A stretch of 64,000 nt of DNA from an uncultured bacterium (GTDB taxonomy: Bacteria > Omnitrophota > Omnitrophia > Omnitrophales > JACQLI01): the NCBI GenBank assembly GCA_964372875.1, contig CAYJTB010000004.1, positions 4,343 to 68,342 on the forward strand. The letters are read 5' to 3'. Under the pieces are notes generated by a model. That model was not told the DNA's origin. It saw only the letters and a list, made by a program, of their open reading frames with translations, and made no database searches. The translations under genes and the position numbers were made by a program. Numbering within the stretch: the stretch's first letter is position 1; each line of letters starts with the position of its first letter. This document shows positions 36,880 to 46,310 of this stretch, in pieces.

Positions 36880-38026
36880 GGTCTGTGTCGTCATCGGCTC
36901 TCGAGCCAATTACAGCAGCATTAAATCCGCAATGCGTGCGATTCAGAAGCATCCGAATTTAGAATTACAAGTCGTTGTAGGCGCATCCGCGCTTTTGGAC
37001 CGCTTCGGCTCAGTTGCGGATCTCATCGAAGCGGACGGTTTCAAGCCGGCCGCCAAGGTGCATATGATTATTGAAGGAGAAACTCCTTTAACGATGGCGA
37101 AGTCTACGGGTCTGGGTTTATTAGAACTGCCCACTATTTTTGAACATCTCAAACCAGACATTGTGATTACCGTAGGCGACCGCTTCGAAACGATGGCTAC
37201 AGCGGTCGCCAGTGCCTATATGAATATTTCATTAGCGCACACGATGGGCGGAGAAATCACCGGTTCTATCGATGAAAGCATCCGCCACGCCATCACAAAA
37301 CTTGCCCACATCCATTTTCCAGCCAGTCCCCAGGCTGCGGAGCGAATTATTCGGATGGGTGAAGATCCCTCAAAGGTGCATATGGTGGGTTGTCCGCGGA
37401 TTGATTTGGCATCAGAAATTGCGGGAAAAAATGGACAATTACCCGAGCGCGAAAGGTTGGAATATGAAGGAGTCGGCGGTCGTATTGATTTGGATCGGCC
37501 GTTTCTTTTGGTGAGCCAGCATCCGGTAACAACGGAATACGGCAATGGGGAATTCCAAATAACGGAGACGCTCGCGGCTCTTCAAGAACTAAAAATGCCG
37601 GTGATTATGCTTTGGCCGAATGCGGATGCCGGCTCAGAAGATATTTCGCGAGGAATGCGCAAATTTCGCGAACATTCTTCCCATGAATACGTCCGTTTTT
37701 ATAAAAACTTTTCTACGGAAACCTTTCTGCGGCTCATGATTCGTTGTGCCTGTATGGTGGGAAACTCCAGCGCCGCGATTCGAGAGGGAGCTTTTTTAGG
37801 TGTTCCTGCGGTGAACATCGGGACACGTCAAAGGGGAAGAGAAAGAGGTAAAAACGTTATTGATGTTGATTGTGACCAGGGAGAAATCAGGCAGGCAATC
37901 GAAAAACAGTTGGGCAATGGGCGCTACTCCAAAGAATATATTTATGGAGATGGACACGCCGGAGAAAAAATCGCGGATGTTTTAGCTAAGTGTTCTATCC
38001 AAATTCAGAAGCGGATTGTCTATTGA
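36872..38026 (+). CDS. neuC: UDP-N-acetylglucosamine 2-epimerase (hydrolysing), NeuC-type.
   Basis: VVIGSRANYSSIKSAMRAIQKHP...HMIIEGETP is a NeuC/UDP-GlcNAc 2-epimerase fold. The start is at MRKVCVV. Confidence 0.8.
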   Translation: MRKVCVVIGSRANYSSIKSAMRAIQKHPNLELQVVVGASALLDRFGSVADLIEADGFKPAAKVHMIIEGETPLTMAKSTGLGLLELPTIFEHLKPDIVITVGDRFETMATAVASAYMNISLAHTMGGEITGSIDESIRHAITKLAHIHFPASPQAAERIIRMGEDPSKVHMVGCPRIDLASEIAGKNGQLPERERLEYEGVGGRIDLDRPFLLVSQHPVTTEYGNGEFQITETLAALQELKMPVIMLWPNADAGSEDISRGMRKFREHSSHEYVRFYKNFSTETFLRLMIRCACMVGNSSAAIREGAFLGVPAVNIGTRQRGRERGKNVIDVDCDQGEIRQAIEKQLGNGRYSKEYIYGDGHAGEKIADVLAKCSIQIQKRIVY

Positions 38027-38045
38027 ATAGATTCAGGAGGTCTTA

Positions 38046-38762
38046 CTGGAAATTCTAGGTATTATTCCGGCACGCGGCGGATCCAAGGGGATTCCGAAGA
38101 AAAATATTTCTCCTTTGGCCGGAAAACCGCTTCTGTCTTATACCTGCGAAGCGGCTCTGGCAAGCAAAAGACTTACGCGCGTCGTCTTAAGCACAGAAGA
38201 CCCGGCTATCGCCGAAATCGGTAAACAATGGGGAGTTGAAATTCCCTTTTTTCGCCCAGCGGCACTCGCCAAAGACGAAACCCCAAGTTTGGATGTCGTT
38301 CAACACGTCTTAAGAAAACTTCAGGAAAATGAATGCTATCAGCCGACCGTAATCGTGTTGCTTCAACCTACTTCCCCGCTTCGTCGGCCGGAACATATTG
38401 ATCAAGCGGTAGACATCCTATTAGAAACAAGGGCGGATTCTGTCGTCAGCGTCATGGAAGTTCCTCATCAATTTAGTCCGGTTTCCTTAATGGAGTTAAA
38501 AAATGAAAAGCTCGTTTCCCTGCAAGAAGGGGGATTGCCTATTTTAAGACGTCAGGATAAGCCCCGGCTTTACGCGCGGAACGGTCCGGCGGTTCTAGCG
38601 GTTCGAACACAAGTCATCATGGAAGGCAATAATCTCTATGGCAAGGATTGCCGTCCTTTCGTCATGGATCCTTTGGACTCCATTGATATTGATGGTCCGG
38701 CGGACATTGAAATTGCGGAGTTTCTTTTGCTTAAGCGTCAACATGGTTCTCACCTTCACTAA
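38046..38762 (+). CDS. neuA: Acylneuraminate cytidylyltransferase (CMP-nonulosonic acid synthetase). It has a non-canonical start codon.
   Basis: ILGIIPARGGSKGIPKKNISPLAGKPLLSYT is the NeuA N-terminal signature and lies upstream of the tool's TTG start. There is no in-frame ATG/GTG/TTG between the stop at 38028 and this motif. AGGAGG at 38035-38040 precedes a CTG at 38046. Confidence 0.7.
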   Translation: MEILGIIPARGGSKGIPKKNISPLAGKPLLSYTCEAALASKRLTRVVLSTEDPAIAEIGKQWGVEIPFFRPAALAKDETPSLDVVQHVLRKLQENECYQPTVIVLLQPTSPLRRPEHIDQAVDILLETRADSVVSVMEVPHQFSPVSLMELKNEKLVSLQEGGLPILRRQDKPRLYARNGPAVLAVRTQVIMEGNNLYGKDCRPFVMDPLDSIDIDGPADIEIAEFLLLKRQHGSHLH

Positions 38763-38787
38763 CGGAAAGTTAAAGAATCTTTTAAAA

Positions 38788-40470
38788 ATGTCATTACGGA
38801 AAATCTGGCGCTATCTTCGCAGGCCCCAAACGATTTTCCATGATATGGATTTAAGCCGGGACTTTTATGAGTTCAAGCAGAAATATAACTTCCTTTCCGA
38901 TCCCGCTGCATCTTCTGCTCCCGGGAAGAAAGTTTTGATTGTCAGCCTGACCGATTGGATCGCCCAAATCAAAATGGAGGGGATGTTGGCCAAGGCGCTT
39001 CAGATAAAAGGTTTTACCCCTGTGATTGTGACCAACCGCTCATGTCAGCGAGCTATCAAATATTTTCGAGTTTTTGGGTATAACGAATTTATTTTCTTCG
39101 ACGAGTTGCTCGCCGCCACTTTCAAAGAATCTCTTTTGAAAGAGACGCAGGCACTTCTTTCGACTAATCCTTCATTTAAGTCACTTTGCGATTTCAAGTA
39201 CCGCGGCGTGGATACAGGCCGGCATGTTTTATCGGCGATCACACGTTCCCTTCGCCACGGGAGCATTGAATTTTCTAATCCTCAGGTAAAGGAGCTGCTA
39301 ACAGAATGCCTGCCTCGGTCGATGCAAGCGGTTTTGGCAGCCGAACTTCTTTTCGACAAAGTAGAACCGGCAATAACTCTTTTTTTAGAAAAAGGTTACA
39401 CGCCTTACGGGGAAATTTTTGATGTGTCGGTCAATCGGGGCGTGGACACCATCCAATTTATGCGTTCCCATCGCTCCGATGCTCTTGCTCTTAAACGTTA
39501 CCATCGGGGAAATCGCCACCTCCACCCGTTTTCTTTATCCGAAGAGACTTGGAAGCAGGTTAAGGAAATGCCATGGACGGAACTTTGCGAGCAAGAATTA
39601 ATGAAAGAACTCAAAGGACGTTATGAAAACGGCACTTGGTTTAACCGTAAGTACCTTCAAGTAGGGAAAAAAATAAAGAGCTCAGCGGAGGTGCGAAGCC
39701 AGCTGGGCCTTGATCCGCATAAAAAAACAGCCGTCATTTTTTCTCACGTTCTTTGGGATGCCACTTTTTTTTACGGGGAGAGCTTGTTTAATGATTATGA
39801 AGAATGGCTAGTGGAGACCGTAAAGGTTGCAAGCGAGAATGCAGCCGTCAATTGGATCATTAAACTCCATCCTGACTACGTGTGGAAAATGAAACAGATG
39901 GGCAGTAGCGCGAAGCCCCGGGATTTGTTAGCTCTCCAAGCAGGCATTGGCGAGCTTCCGCCGCACATTCATATCGTTGAACCCGACACGGATATCAGTA
40001 CTTATTCCCTTTTTGAAGTAACGGATTATTGTTTGACCGTACGCGGCACCATTGGCATTGAGATGCCTTGTTTTGGCATCCCAGTTTTTACTGCGGGAAC
40101 CGGGCGTTATTCCGGCCTGGGATTTACGATTGATTCACAGAGCCGAGAAGAATACCTCTCTCGCATCGAACATATTCTAGATTTTCCCCGCTTGAATCCA
40201 GAACAAACCTTATTGGCCAAGAAACACGCGTATGCACTCTTTAAACTTCGCCCCTGCCCATTCAAGACCTTTGAAATGGTTCAAATGCCTCTGAATCGTT
40301 TGGGGCATCCCCTGGACCATAATGTCGTTATCCGTGCAAAACGCATCAAAGAAATCTCTCAAGCTGCCGACATGAACACGTTTGCAGAATGGATCACCGA
40401 TTCTCACAACGTAGATTTTTTGATGCCTTTTCAAAAGAAAGAAAAGACAAGCCAATGTGTGGGATCGTAG
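38788..40470 (+). CDS. Hypothetical 560-aa protein, candidate capsule-biosynthesis/glycosyltransferase family (KpsC/KpsS-like?).
   Basis: It is a large soluble protein inside the glycan locus between neuA and asnB-like paralog 2. Any resemblance to Capsule_synth proteins is weak and unverified. Confidence 0.3.
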   Translation: MSLRKIWRYLRRPQTIFHDMDLSRDFYEFKQKYNFLSDPAASSAPGKKVLIVSLTDWIAQIKMEGMLAKALQIKGFTPVIVTNRSCQRAIKYFRVFGYNEFIFFDELLAATFKESLLKETQALLSTNPSFKSLCDFKYRGVDTGRHVLSAITRSLRHGSIEFSNPQVKELLTECLPRSMQAVLAAELLFDKVEPAITLFLEKGYTPYGEIFDVSVNRGVDTIQFMRSHRSDALALKRYHRGNRHLHPFSLSEETWKQVKEMPWTELCEQELMKELKGRYENGTWFNRKYLQVGKKIKSSAEVRSQLGLDPHKKTAVIFSHVLWDATFFYGESLFNDYEEWLVETVKVASENAAVNWIIKLHPDYVWKMKQMGSSAKPRDLLALQAGIGELPPHIHIVEPDTDISTYSLFEVTDYCLTVRGTIGIEMPCFGIPVFTAGTGRYSGLGFTIDSQSREEYLSRIEHILDFPRLNPEQTLLAKKHAYALFKLRPCPFKTFEMVQMPLNRLGHPLDHNVVIRAKRIKEISQAADMNTFAEWITDSHNVDFLMPFQKKEKTSQCVGS

Positions 40471-42317
40471 GTATTGTAGGTAAGCAGGATCCTTCGTGGA
40501 TCTCTCAGATGAATGCTTTTCAAATTCATCGAGGTCCGGATAGTTTCGGAGAATACCGCAATCCTAATCATGACGTTTCCCTGGCGATGCGGCGTCTCGC
40601 CATCCTGGATCTTGAGGGTGGCGACCAGCCGATGAGCAATGAAGATGAAACCCTCTGGATTGTCTATAACGGTGAAATTTACAATGCGCCGGAACTCCGC
40701 GCTCGCTTGGAAGCCCGCGGCCGGCATTTCAAAACTAGAAATTCCGACACCGAAGTTTTACTTCATCTCTATGAAGATAAAAAAGAAGATATGGTTCATG
40801 ATCTGAATGGAATGTTTTCTTTTGTCATTTATGACAAATCCCGCCGCCTGCTCTTTGGTGCGAGAGATCGGTTCGGCATCAAACCCTTTTATTATCTGCA
40901 GCATTCCGGTTGGTTCAGTTTTGCATCCGAGTTAAAAGCTTTTTTCCCCCTTCCCTTTTTTCAACGAGAAATAGACCCGGCAAGCGTTTTCCATTTCATG
41001 AGCCTTTTATATGTGCCGGGTGAGTCATCGATTTTTCGGGACGTCAAGCGCCTTCTCCCTGCCCATCAATTTAACTATAAGTTGGACACAAAAGAATTAT
41101 CCATTTCGCCTTACTGGGATCTGCAGCCCGGACGGACAGAGCAGAGATCCGAAGAAGAATGGTGCGAACTCATACGGACGGAACTTCAACAAGCGGTTAA
41201 ACGATGGATGCAAAGTGATGTTCCGCTAGGTTTTTCTCTTTCCGGAGGTGTCGATTCGTCCACTCTCGCGGCGCTAGCGGCCGAGTCAGGGCATTCCAAC
41301 ATCAAAACCTACTCGTTAGGATTTTCAAAATCAGAAGAACAAACATGGAGCGAATTACCCCTTTCAAGAATCGTGGCCCAGCATTACGGGACGGACCATC
41401 ACGAATTGGTCTTGGATGAGGAAACCCTCCTTCGGGATTTGCTGCACATGGTTTGGTTTTTGGATGAACCCTATGGAGGCGGGCTTCCTTCTTGGTACAT
41501 CTATAAATTTATGCGCGAAGAGGTAACTGTGGGAGTAACGGGTACGGGAGGCGATGAACTTTTCGGTAACTACGGGAAATTTCTCTGCTATGAAAACAGC
41601 CTTCTTCGAGCTCGATTCGAAACCGCGGTTTCGAAATTTATCAATCGGCCCCTTCTCGATCGTTACTTTCGTACTTGGTACTATATGACCGACGAAATCA
41701 AACGACAAATTTTGTTTCCTGGAAATAAAACTTACGCTTTCGACACCCCTTCCTTGCTTGAGGGAATTTACCGGCGTTCCGGAGCGCACAATATCCGGGA
41801 TGCGATCGCCTACGTCGACATTAAAACGCAATTGGTAGACGAATTTCTGTTCATGACCGATAGATTTTCAATGGCCCATTCTTTGGAAGCTAGAGTTCCT
41901 TTTCTTGATCACAAGTTTGCGGAGCTGATTTTTCGAATACCCGCGTCGGTGAGGACGCATCGCAATGATCCGAAATATCTCCTTAAAAAAGCCATGAAAG
42001 ATTTGCTGCCCCAAGAAATCACCCACGCCCCAAAGCGAGGCTTTACTATTCCAAATTGTATGTGGCTTCGGGGCCGCTTGGCTGCACTAGCGAAACAGCT
42101 TTTAGATCCGGAGCGCCTCGCAAGACAAGGCATTTTTCACCGTCAGTTTTATGATCAATTTGTCGAACCTCATCTGGACGGCCGGGCGGATCATACCTGG
42201 AAAGTCTGGCCGGCTTTAATGTTTCAATTATGGCACCTGGTATTTATAGAAGAAAAAGGGGATCACGCGCCTTCTTTTTCTTCGCAAGATATCGTTGGCA
42301 AAAAACGCACCTCTTGA
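40455..42317 (+). CDS. Asparagine synthase (glutamine-hydrolysing)-like amidotransferase, paralog 2.
   Basis: MCGIVGIVG N-terminus, an SDVPLGFSLSGGVDSS PP-loop and about 620 aa. It overlaps the upstream ORF by 16 nt. Confidence 0.85.
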   Translation: MCGIVGIVGKQDPSWISQMNAFQIHRGPDSFGEYRNPNHDVSLAMRRLAILDLEGGDQPMSNEDETLWIVYNGEIYNAPELRARLEARGRHFKTRNSDTEVLLHLYEDKKEDMVHDLNGMFSFVIYDKSRRLLFGARDRFGIKPFYYLQHSGWFSFASELKAFFPLPFFQREIDPASVFHFMSLLYVPGESSIFRDVKRLLPAHQFNYKLDTKELSISPYWDLQPGRTEQRSEEEWCELIRTELQQAVKRWMQSDVPLGFSLSGGVDSSTLAALAAESGHSNIKTYSLGFSKSEEQTWSELPLSRIVAQHYGTDHHELVLDEETLLRDLLHMVWFLDEPYGGGLPSWYIYKFMREEVTVGVTGTGGDELFGNYGKFLCYENSLLRARFETAVSKFINRPLLDRYFRTWYYMTDEIKRQILFPGNKTYAFDTPSLLEGIYRRSGAHNIRDAIAYVDIKTQLVDEFLFMTDRFSMAHSLEARVPFLDHKFAELIFRIPASVRTHRNDPKYLLKKAMKDLLPQEITHAPKRGFTIPNCMWLRGRLAALAKQLLDPERLARQGIFHRQFYDQFVEPHLDGRADHTWKVWPALMFQLWHLVFIEEKGDHAPSFSSQDIVGKKRTS

Positions 42318-43072
42318 AACTTTACACCTTCTACACGTCTTCTCATCGAGTTCTAAAAGATGAATGGTTCCTTCCCGGATTGCAGGATGCCTATACGTTG
42401 AAAATTATCGAATGCAACCAAGATTGCCCCACCGGAGAATTTAGAAGCCAGGGGTGGAGCGCCACCATGCTTCGAAAATGCGATTTGATTCTCGAAGCCA
42501 TAGAAGAAAACCAGGGTGAAATCTTTATTTATTCTGATACCGACGTCCAATTTTTTAGACCTACAGAGAGCGCCATTCTTAAGTTAATGTGGGGAAAAGA
42601 TATTATTTTTCAACGTGATACTCCGAATGGAAAATTATGTTGTGGTTTTTTAGCGTGCCGAGCCAATCAGAAGACATTCAAATTATGGCAGGATGCCAAA
42701 CAAATAGTCTCAAAACAATCGGATCAGGATAAAGGAGATCAAGAGATTATCAATTCATTGCTGCTGAATAACAAAATTTCTGGATTGACACAACGAATAG
42801 GAGCCCGACTTGTGAGAATTTTTAAAAAAAAAGATCCATGGTTGGCTCACCGCTTATTTCCTCCCCAGAATAAATATGGAATCAAATGGGGCTATTTACC
42901 CGTGGAATTTTTTGGAGCGGGGACTTTGACCGGAAGACAGTGGGAACCGGGAATGTATCTGGAAATCCCAAGAAATATTATTCTTCATCACGCAAATTGG
43001 ACGGTAGGTCTAGAAAATAAAATCGCACAGCTTAAATTTGTGCGCGATGTCGTAGAAAGCAGGACTCTATGA
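42314..43072 (+). CDS. Hypothetical protein, possibly a GT-A-like nucleotide-diphospho-sugar transferase.
   Basis: A DXD-like motif (IYSDTDVQF). The TTG start overlaps the asnB-like stop (cTTGAa). Confidence 0.35.
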   Translation: MKLYTFYTSSHRVLKDEWFLPGLQDAYTLKIIECNQDCPTGEFRSQGWSATMLRKCDLILEAIEENQGEIFIYSDTDVQFFRPTESAILKLMWGKDIIFQRDTPNGKLCCGFLACRANQKTFKLWQDAKQIVSKQSDQDKGDQEIINSLLLNNKISGLTQRIGARLVRIFKKKDPWLAHRLFPPQNKYGIKWGYLPVEFFGAGTLTGRQWEPGMYLEIPRNIILHHANWTVGLENKIAQLKFVRDVVESRTL

Positions 43073-44013
43073 CGCATTGTCCAAGACTCGATGAATTGCC
43101 TTCGCCTCCTGCTGGGAAAACCGGCTGGCCCTGGACAGAAGAAAGCCCGCAACATTCGAATACCGCACCTGGCATCGAACCTTGGCCTCGCATCAGTATC
43201 GTAACCCCTTCTTACAATCAAGGAAAATTTATCGAAGAAACCATCCGCTCTGTCCTTCTCCAGGGTTATCCCAATTTGGAGTATTTTGTTATTGACGGTG
43301 GTAGCACAGACAATTCTATAGAGATTATCAGAAAATATGAGAAATGGCTGACTTACTGGGTGAGCGAGCCAGATAGGGGACAAGCCCATGCTGTTAATAA
43401 GGGATTGGAACGCGCTACCAGCGAAATAGCAGCCTATCTCAATAGCGACGATGTCTATCTTAGAGGATGCTTATCCCATGTCGGAGGAGCTTATCTCAAG
43501 ACCCGCTTTGATGTTCTGGTCGGCCGAAGGTGGTTGCCTCGAAAAAGTCTTTTTCTCCTCCGAAAGGGATGGTGGGAGACACAAATGAAGTCTTTCGTCT
43601 ACCCGTTTATTTTTACGAACGCCGGTCCATATGAACTTCCTCAGGAATGTATTTTTTGGAGCCATAAACAGTTTGGTAAAGCCAGATTCAATGAGGACTA
43701 TCATTGCTGTCTTGACGTCTGGTGGTTCTCTCACATTTACTCGGGAGCTCTTGTGGTGCATACGACAAAACAGTTGGGTTTTTTTAGAGATTACCCAGAA
43801 AATAAATCCAATCGGCTTAAAGAGCGGGTGAGGAAGGAAGCGCAAATGCTCAAGTTAGAAATGAAACCCTTCGAAGCTCGTATGACGGACGAAGCTAAAA
43901 AGGAAATTCTGTCCTCTTTTTATCGCGCGTCCTTCAAAACGCTTTTTCAACGCTTGTTAATACTGCATAATGAATTCTTCTTCCAGTACCAGCACCCAAA
44001 ATATTTGGATTAA
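43069..44013 (+). CDS. Glycosyltransferase family 2.
   Basis: ISIVTPSYNQGKFIEETIRSVLLQ and DGGSTD motifs typical of GT2. Confidence 0.75.
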   Translation: MTHCPRLDELPSPPAGKTGWPWTEESPQHSNTAPGIEPWPRISIVTPSYNQGKFIEETIRSVLLQGYPNLEYFVIDGGSTDNSIEIIRKYEKWLTYWVSEPDRGQAHAVNKGLERATSEIAAYLNSDDVYLRGCLSHVGGAYLKTRFDVLVGRRWLPRKSLFLLRKGWWETQMKSFVYPFIFTNAGPYELPQECIFWSHKQFGKARFNEDYHCCLDVWWFSHIYSGALVVHTTKQLGFFRDYPENKSNRLKERVRKEAQMLKLEMKPFEARMTDEAKKEILSSFYRASFKTLFQRLLILHNEFFFQYQHPKYLD

Positions 44014-44019
44014 CGGAAG

Positions 44020-44175
44020 GTTACTATCATTAAAATTATCCAAGTCCCATTTTGTTTTTATCCCGACGCGGTCGGGGGAACGGAAGTTTATGCCGAAGCG
44101 CTCGCTAAAAATTTGAAAAAGCTGAGCATAGAATCCGTAGTTTGCGAGCCTGCGGAGAGAGAAGAAGTGATATAA
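44020..44175 (+). pseudogene. Orphan 5' fragment of a GT4 gene (about 50 codons), duplicating the start of the GT4 gene at 44934.
   Basis: It translates to IIKIIQVPFCFYPDAVGGTEVYAEALAKNLKKLSIESVVCEPAERE, against the intact gene's FKTLQVPFCFYPDAVGGTEVYVEALAQGLKKFGVESVICAPAEKE. The first roughly 70 nt are near-identical and similarity then decays. Confidence 0.6.
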
Positions 44176-44200
44176 TGCCGCCAAAAGGGAAGAGAAACTC

Positions 44201-44536
44201 ATGAACATTCAAGAAACTCCCAACCAAAAAGTCATTCTCGATATCGTCGATAGAATCAAAAAAAACTACCGTCCTCAAAAAATCATTCTTTTCGGTTCCT
44301 ACGCTTACGGCCAGCCTCATCGGGATAGCGATATTGATTTGATGGTCGTTAAAGAAACTTCCGAAAGACCCATCGATCGGAGAGTGAATGTTAGCCGGAT
44401 TGTTTCGGATCCAAAGCGGCTTGTCCCATTCGGGGTGATCGTATTGACTCCTCAGGAGCTTTCCGATCGGCTTAATCGGGGAGATCAATTTATTGCTGAG
44501 ATTATAAAAAATGGCAGAATCTTGTATGAAGGGTAA
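44201..44536 (+). CDS. Minimal nucleotidyltransferase (MNT), the antitoxin-like partner of a HEPN protein.
   Basis: ILFGSYAYGQPHRDSDIDLMVV (GS...DxD). Confidence 0.75.
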   Translation: MNIQETPNQKVILDIVDRIKKNYRPQKIILFGSYAYGQPHRDSDIDLMVVKETSERPIDRRVNVSRIVSDPKRLVPFGVIVLTPQELSDRLNRGDQFIAEIIKNGRILYEG

Positions 44537-44921
44537 AGAATCCAATTATCCTTCGGACTGGTTCCGGCTCGGCGACAAAGAACTTATCCGCGCAAGAAAT
44601 CTTCTAAAACTGGATGACCTGGACGGAGCCGCTTTCAACCTTCAGCAGGCTTTGGAAAAATATCTCAAAGGCTATCTGCTCTCAAAGGGATGGGCGCTTC
44701 GCCGGATTCATGATTTGGACACTCTTTTGAACGAGACCGTTCAGCATGATGCCTCCTTTGAGAAATTTCGGGAAGCCTGTCTAAAAATTACTCAATATTA
44801 CATCGAAGATCGTTATCCTTTCACGGGGAATTCCGAGTTAACCAAGACAGAAATCGAGGATTCTCTTGAAACTTCAGAACAATTGATAAAAAAAATTCGC
44901 CGGTCATTTGATTTGATCTAG
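44511..44921 (+). CDS. HEPN-domain protein, the toxin-like partner of the MNT.
   Basis: Alpha-helical, with the Rx4-6H motif (RRIHDL). It overlaps the MNT gene by 26 nt. Confidence 0.7.
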   Translation: MAESCMKGKESNYPSDWFRLGDKELIRARNLLKLDDLDGAAFNLQQALEKYLKGYLLSKGWALRRIHDLDTLLNETVQHDASFEKFREACLKITQYYIEDRYPFTGNSELTKTEIEDSLETSEQLIKKIRRSFDLI

Positions 44922-44933
44922 TCACTTCTTCTT

Positions 44934-46310
44934 TTGTTCAAAACTCTCCAAGTCCCATTTTGTTTTTACCCCGACGCGGTCGGGGGAACGGAAGTTTATG
45001 TTGAAGCACTCGCTCAAGGTTTAAAAAAATTTGGAGTGGAGTCCGTGATATGCGCGCCGGCTGAAAAGGAGAGCGCCTATTCTCACAAAGGTCTCAAGGT
45101 TCGGCGCTTTGCTGTTCCTTCTGCGGTAAGTGATCTTCGGGAGCTTTACGGTGAAGGGAATTTCGAAGCAGCCCGGGCATTCTCCAAGATTTTGGATGAG
45201 GAAAAACCGGACCTTGTTCATCTTCACGCCTTCACGCGCGGCGTTTCTCTTCGTTTGGTACGCGAAGCAAAATCCAGAGGAATTCCTATTATCTTTACAT
45301 ATCACACGCCGACCGTGAGTTGCCAGCGGGGAACCTTGGTGCGTTGGGGTAAAGAAATCTGTGACGGCGTTCTTCGGCAGCGTCTCTGTTCTCAATGCAC
45401 GCTTCATGGCTTGGGAATGAATCGATTGGCTGCTCAAGCAATAGGAAGTCTTCCGTCCGTCGTCGGCCGGCTCATGGGACGAATGGGTCTCGCTGGAGGA
45501 GCTTGGACGGCCCTCCGAATGTCAGAACTTGTCAGACTCCGCCACCAAACACTTCATCGGTTTCTAGGAGAAGTTGACTCCATTGTTGCAACAGCTTATT
45601 GGGTCAGGGATCTTCTGGTTCGGAATCACGTATCCCCTCACAAGATCGCCGTCTCTCGGTATGGATTGTGTCAACCCTCCGCGCTCTCTACGAACTGCTC
45701 AAAATCGGAAGTCACGAGCTCACGACTAAGATTAAAAGTTGCTTTTATGGGTCGCATGGATAAGACCAAAGGACTTCATATTTTGATTCAGGCTGTGAAA
45801 TCGTCTCTTCGCCTTTCCGTCACCTTGGATCTTTATGGGGTTGCGCAAGGAGAATTCGGCCATGGCTATGAACGGGAGATGCATGCTTTGGCCGGAGAGG
45901 ATAGACGAATCACTTTCCATCCCTCCCTCCATGGCGAAGAAATTATATCTACATTGAAAAATTTCGATGTCCTCGCCGTCCCCTCTCAATGGTTGGAGAC
46001 AGGACCTATGGTGGTTCTGGAGGCATTCGCAGCTGGAATTCCCGTCGTGGGGTCGAATTTAGGCGGGATTTCAGAATTTGTTAAACATGAAACCAACGGC
46101 CTTTTGGTGGAAGAATTTCGATCAGCAAAAACATGGGCCGAATCCTTTCAGCGGCTTGTTGACAGCCCGGATTTGGTGGCCCGTTTGTCACGTGGGATAA
46201 AAGCTCCGAGAACCGTAGAAGAAATTGCCCAAGATATAATGTCTTTATATGAAACCCAACTTAGAAACAAAAACCCAAAGATTAAAGCCGCCCATGATGC
46301 CGACACTTAG
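44934..46310 (+). CDS. Glycosyltransferase family 4.
   Basis: GT-B fold with a C-terminal motif (ETGPMVVLEAFAAGIPVVGS). Confidence 0.75.
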   Translation: MFKTLQVPFCFYPDAVGGTEVYVEALAQGLKKFGVESVICAPAEKESAYSHKGLKVRRFAVPSAVSDLRELYGEGNFEAARAFSKILDEEKPDLVHLHAFTRGVSLRLVREAKSRGIPIIFTYHTPTVSCQRGTLVRWGKEICDGVLRQRLCSQCTLHGLGMNRLAAQAIGSLPSVVGRLMGRMGLAGGAWTALRMSELVRLRHQTLHRFLGEVDSIVATAYWVRDLLVRNHVSPHKIAVSRYGLCQPSALSTNCSKSEVTSSRLRLKVAFMGRMDKTKGLHILIQAVKSSLRLSVTLDLYGVAQGEFGHGYEREMHALAGEDRRITFHPSLHGEEIISTLKNFDVLAVPSQWLETGPMVVLEAFAAGIPVVGSNLGGISEFVKHETNGLLVEEFRSAKTWAESFQRLVDSPDLVARLSRGIKAPRTVEEIAQDIMSLYETQLRNKNPKIKAAHDADT

